Positions 61,773-64,000 of a stretch of DNA of 64,000 nucleotides are shown here, one piece after another. The first letter of the stretch is position 1, and each line of letters begins with the position of its first letter. Under the pieces are notes generated by a model. That model did no database searches and was not told the DNA's origin. It was given only the letters and a program-made list of their open reading frames with translations. The stretch covers positions 529,136 to 593,135 of the forward strand of contig NIVC01000163.1 in NCBI GenBank assembly GCA_002269645.1, read 5' to 3'. A program made the position numbers and the translations under genes. This DNA comes from Macrostomum lignano. Taxonomy: Eukaryota.

Positions 61773-63149
61773 GGCTGTCAGGTACTCATCCTGGTGCTGC
61801 AGATACTCATTTTGGCGCCCTGAAGCAAAGTTTTAGGTTTGCATTAAACTGTCCAGGTGAATAGTTATTTGGTCATTTAAAGCTTTTGCAAGATTTGCAA
61901 AATCGCGGCCGTAAGGTGCCCGGGACAAAAAGCTCATGTCGCGTACCTGACCCAGTATAGAGAAATCAATAAGCAGTCTAGACTCAATCTCATTACGGTT
62001 GTTTGACGCAAAAGCCACTATATACCTCTACTTGTTCCATTACAATTAGCAAGCTTTGTGGACATTTAGAAAAGGTGGATACATCCGTGAGACGGCCAAT
62101 TTAATTAGGCCGTTCGTTGTAGAGAGCCAGCAAAGTACAACCATGAATTCGTTGAAATGGCTGCTTGTATGCGAGCGCTCCGTTTCCTTTACAGCAGGGA
62201 TTGACAAACTTTTTTTACCACAAGGACAAGATAAAGAATCCAGCTCATTGATTGCTGCGGCCTGATGAGAGAGGAAAGGAGAGCTAATAGAGGAGAGGGA
62301 AGAGAAAGAGAGCTGAGAAGAGACGCAAGCCTTGAGCAGGCGCGGATTGCTATTGTGAAGTTTCGAAGGACCGAGAGCTGGATAGGGAGGCTTCACGGGC
62401 CCTAATCTTATACCATGTAACTAAAATACGACAGTTATAGGTTGATTACAAATTCGCTTAACAAAAAATTTTAGTAAGTTCAAGGTGATTTCGCATCAAG
62501 TTTGAAGAACTCAAGGTAAATAAATTATAGTGCCTATCCAGGCATACTTCTCCAGACCTTTCCGAAATTTCCATATTTGGCAATACGGTAGAAAATTACC
62601 GTAAGTTACAGCTCGGGCTCTCAAAATAGATGTTTTTGAAGAAGTGTTCTCAACGGGAGAAGACGGTAAGAGTAATTATAACATCGCGGAAAAGTGAGCA
62701 ACTGAAGAGGGGTGCAGTTTGACTGCACGGGTGGGTTTTGCAGATTTTTCTAGAAATAAACGAGTAGGAAATTCGCTGAATCGTGTTCATTTATTGCTTT
62801 GTCGCTAGAGCCGAACTAACATATGCATAATATGACGCGTTGATCAGAGAAATCGAAGGTGAAATTAAAAAAAAACACAAATATTTCATGATTCTGCTAT
62901 AGTTAAGACAATTCGATCTTTAATATTTAATTATCTGCATGTGCACTATTAAAATCCACTTTTAGATTACGGGAAGATAAGAAGATAGAGTCTTTTTACA
63001 TTCTCTTTGTCATTCACTCTCGATAAGCTAGATCTCTGGTTAATAATCATACCCGTATTCTTAAGCATTTAAAAATGTTTAATCGCATTCATGACTTCTG
63101 GTAAATCGTCTCCTTGATTCAAAGTCAGCCCTATCCTATATAGATTCTA

Positions 63150-64000
63150 TTGATCCATCATATCCTCGATTATACGGTCAATCACATCCTTCATTCTATG
63201 GTCATATCCTTCGTTCTATAGTCATATCATTGATTCTATGGTCATATCCTTGATTCTAAGGTCAATCACATCATCAAGGTCATATCCTTGATTCTACGGT
63301 CAATCACATCATCAAGGTCATATCCTTGATTCTACGGTCAATCACATCATTAGTTCTATGGTCATATCCTTGATTAATGGTCAATTACATCATTGATTCT
63401 ATGGTCATATCCTTTGTTCTATCGTCGTATCCTTGATTCAACGGTCAATAACATCATTGATTCTATGGTCGCATCCTTGGTTCTATGGCCATATCTTTGA
63501 TTCTATGGTCATATCCTTGATTCTATGGCCATATCCTTGATTCTATGGCCATATCCTTGATTCTATGGTCATATCCTTGATTCTATGGTCATATCCTTGT
63601 TCTATGGTCATATCCTTGATTCTACGGTCAATCACATCATTGATTCTATGGTCATATCCTTGGTTCTATGGTCATATCCTTATGTTCTATGTCTTATATC
63701 CTTGATTCTATGGTCATATCCTTGGTTCTATGGTCAATCCTTGGTTCTACGGTCATATCCTTGATTCTACGGTCAATCATCTTGATTATATGGTCATATC
63801 CTTGATTCTATGGTCATATCCTTGGTTCTACGGTCAATCACATCATTGATTCTATGGTCATATCCTTGGTTCTATGGTCATGTCCTTGGTTCTATTCATA
63901 TCCTTGGTTCTATGGTCATATCCTTGTTCTATGTCATGTCCTTGGTTCTATGTCATATCCTTGGATTCTATGGTCATATCATTGATTCTACGGTCAATCA
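63150..64000. repeat. 20-bp minisatellite (TCCTTGATTCTATGGTCATA) with ATCACATCATTG variants
   Basis: Visible; runs to the window edge. Confidence 0.93.

Noticed and set aside
60846-61836. Mucin- or antifreeze-like 13-aa repeat protein (FDASGPTTASNSH)n
   Set aside because: Starts at TTG, has no signal peptide, is open in two frames and shows no synonymous-biased variation. Best explained as non-coding satellite, although expression was not testable.
62262-62277. Hammerhead ribozyme core (CTGATGA...GAAA)
   Set aside because: No stem II can form between the motifs and I found no flanking stems.

Overview
Eukaryotic (metazoan) genomic DNA with short GC-rich exons, in which nearly every long intron is filled by its own mini- or microsatellite. 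This architecture and the retroelement sequences resemble the flatworm Macrostomum lignano (inference, not verified). I reconstructed the spliced genes by hand from GT-AG sites and reading phase. They are: the 5' part of a divergent Slo/BK potassium channel (-, runs off the left edge), a pterin-4a-carbinolamine dehydratase (+), a 4-exon fatty-acid-binding protein (+), a secreted DNase I-like gene (-), a KHDRBS/Sam68-type STAR RNA-binding protein (-) and a complete 8-exon cytosolic-type alanyl-tRNA synthetase (-). There is also an intronless gene for an unknown secreted two-domain protein with a central RSRR site and one 1-bp frameshift (+), and an orphan GT31 galactosyltransferase exon. Mobile DNA comprises a decayed RNase H-bearing LINE (LOA/R1-like), an RTE-like fragment, two solo LTRs with 4-bp TSDs, a mariner deletion derivative with 198-bp TIRs, a Tc1 remnant, a hAT MITE with an 8-bp TSD, a tRNA-derived SINE and further MITE-like inverted repeats. 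Most long ORFs in the supplied track are artefacts of tandem repeats. The most interesting items are the unknown two-domain secreted precursor (head-to-head with the DNase), the BK-like channel lacking most S4 charges, and the 2.2-kb solo LTR packed with AP-1, C/EBP, CRE and Sox motifs.
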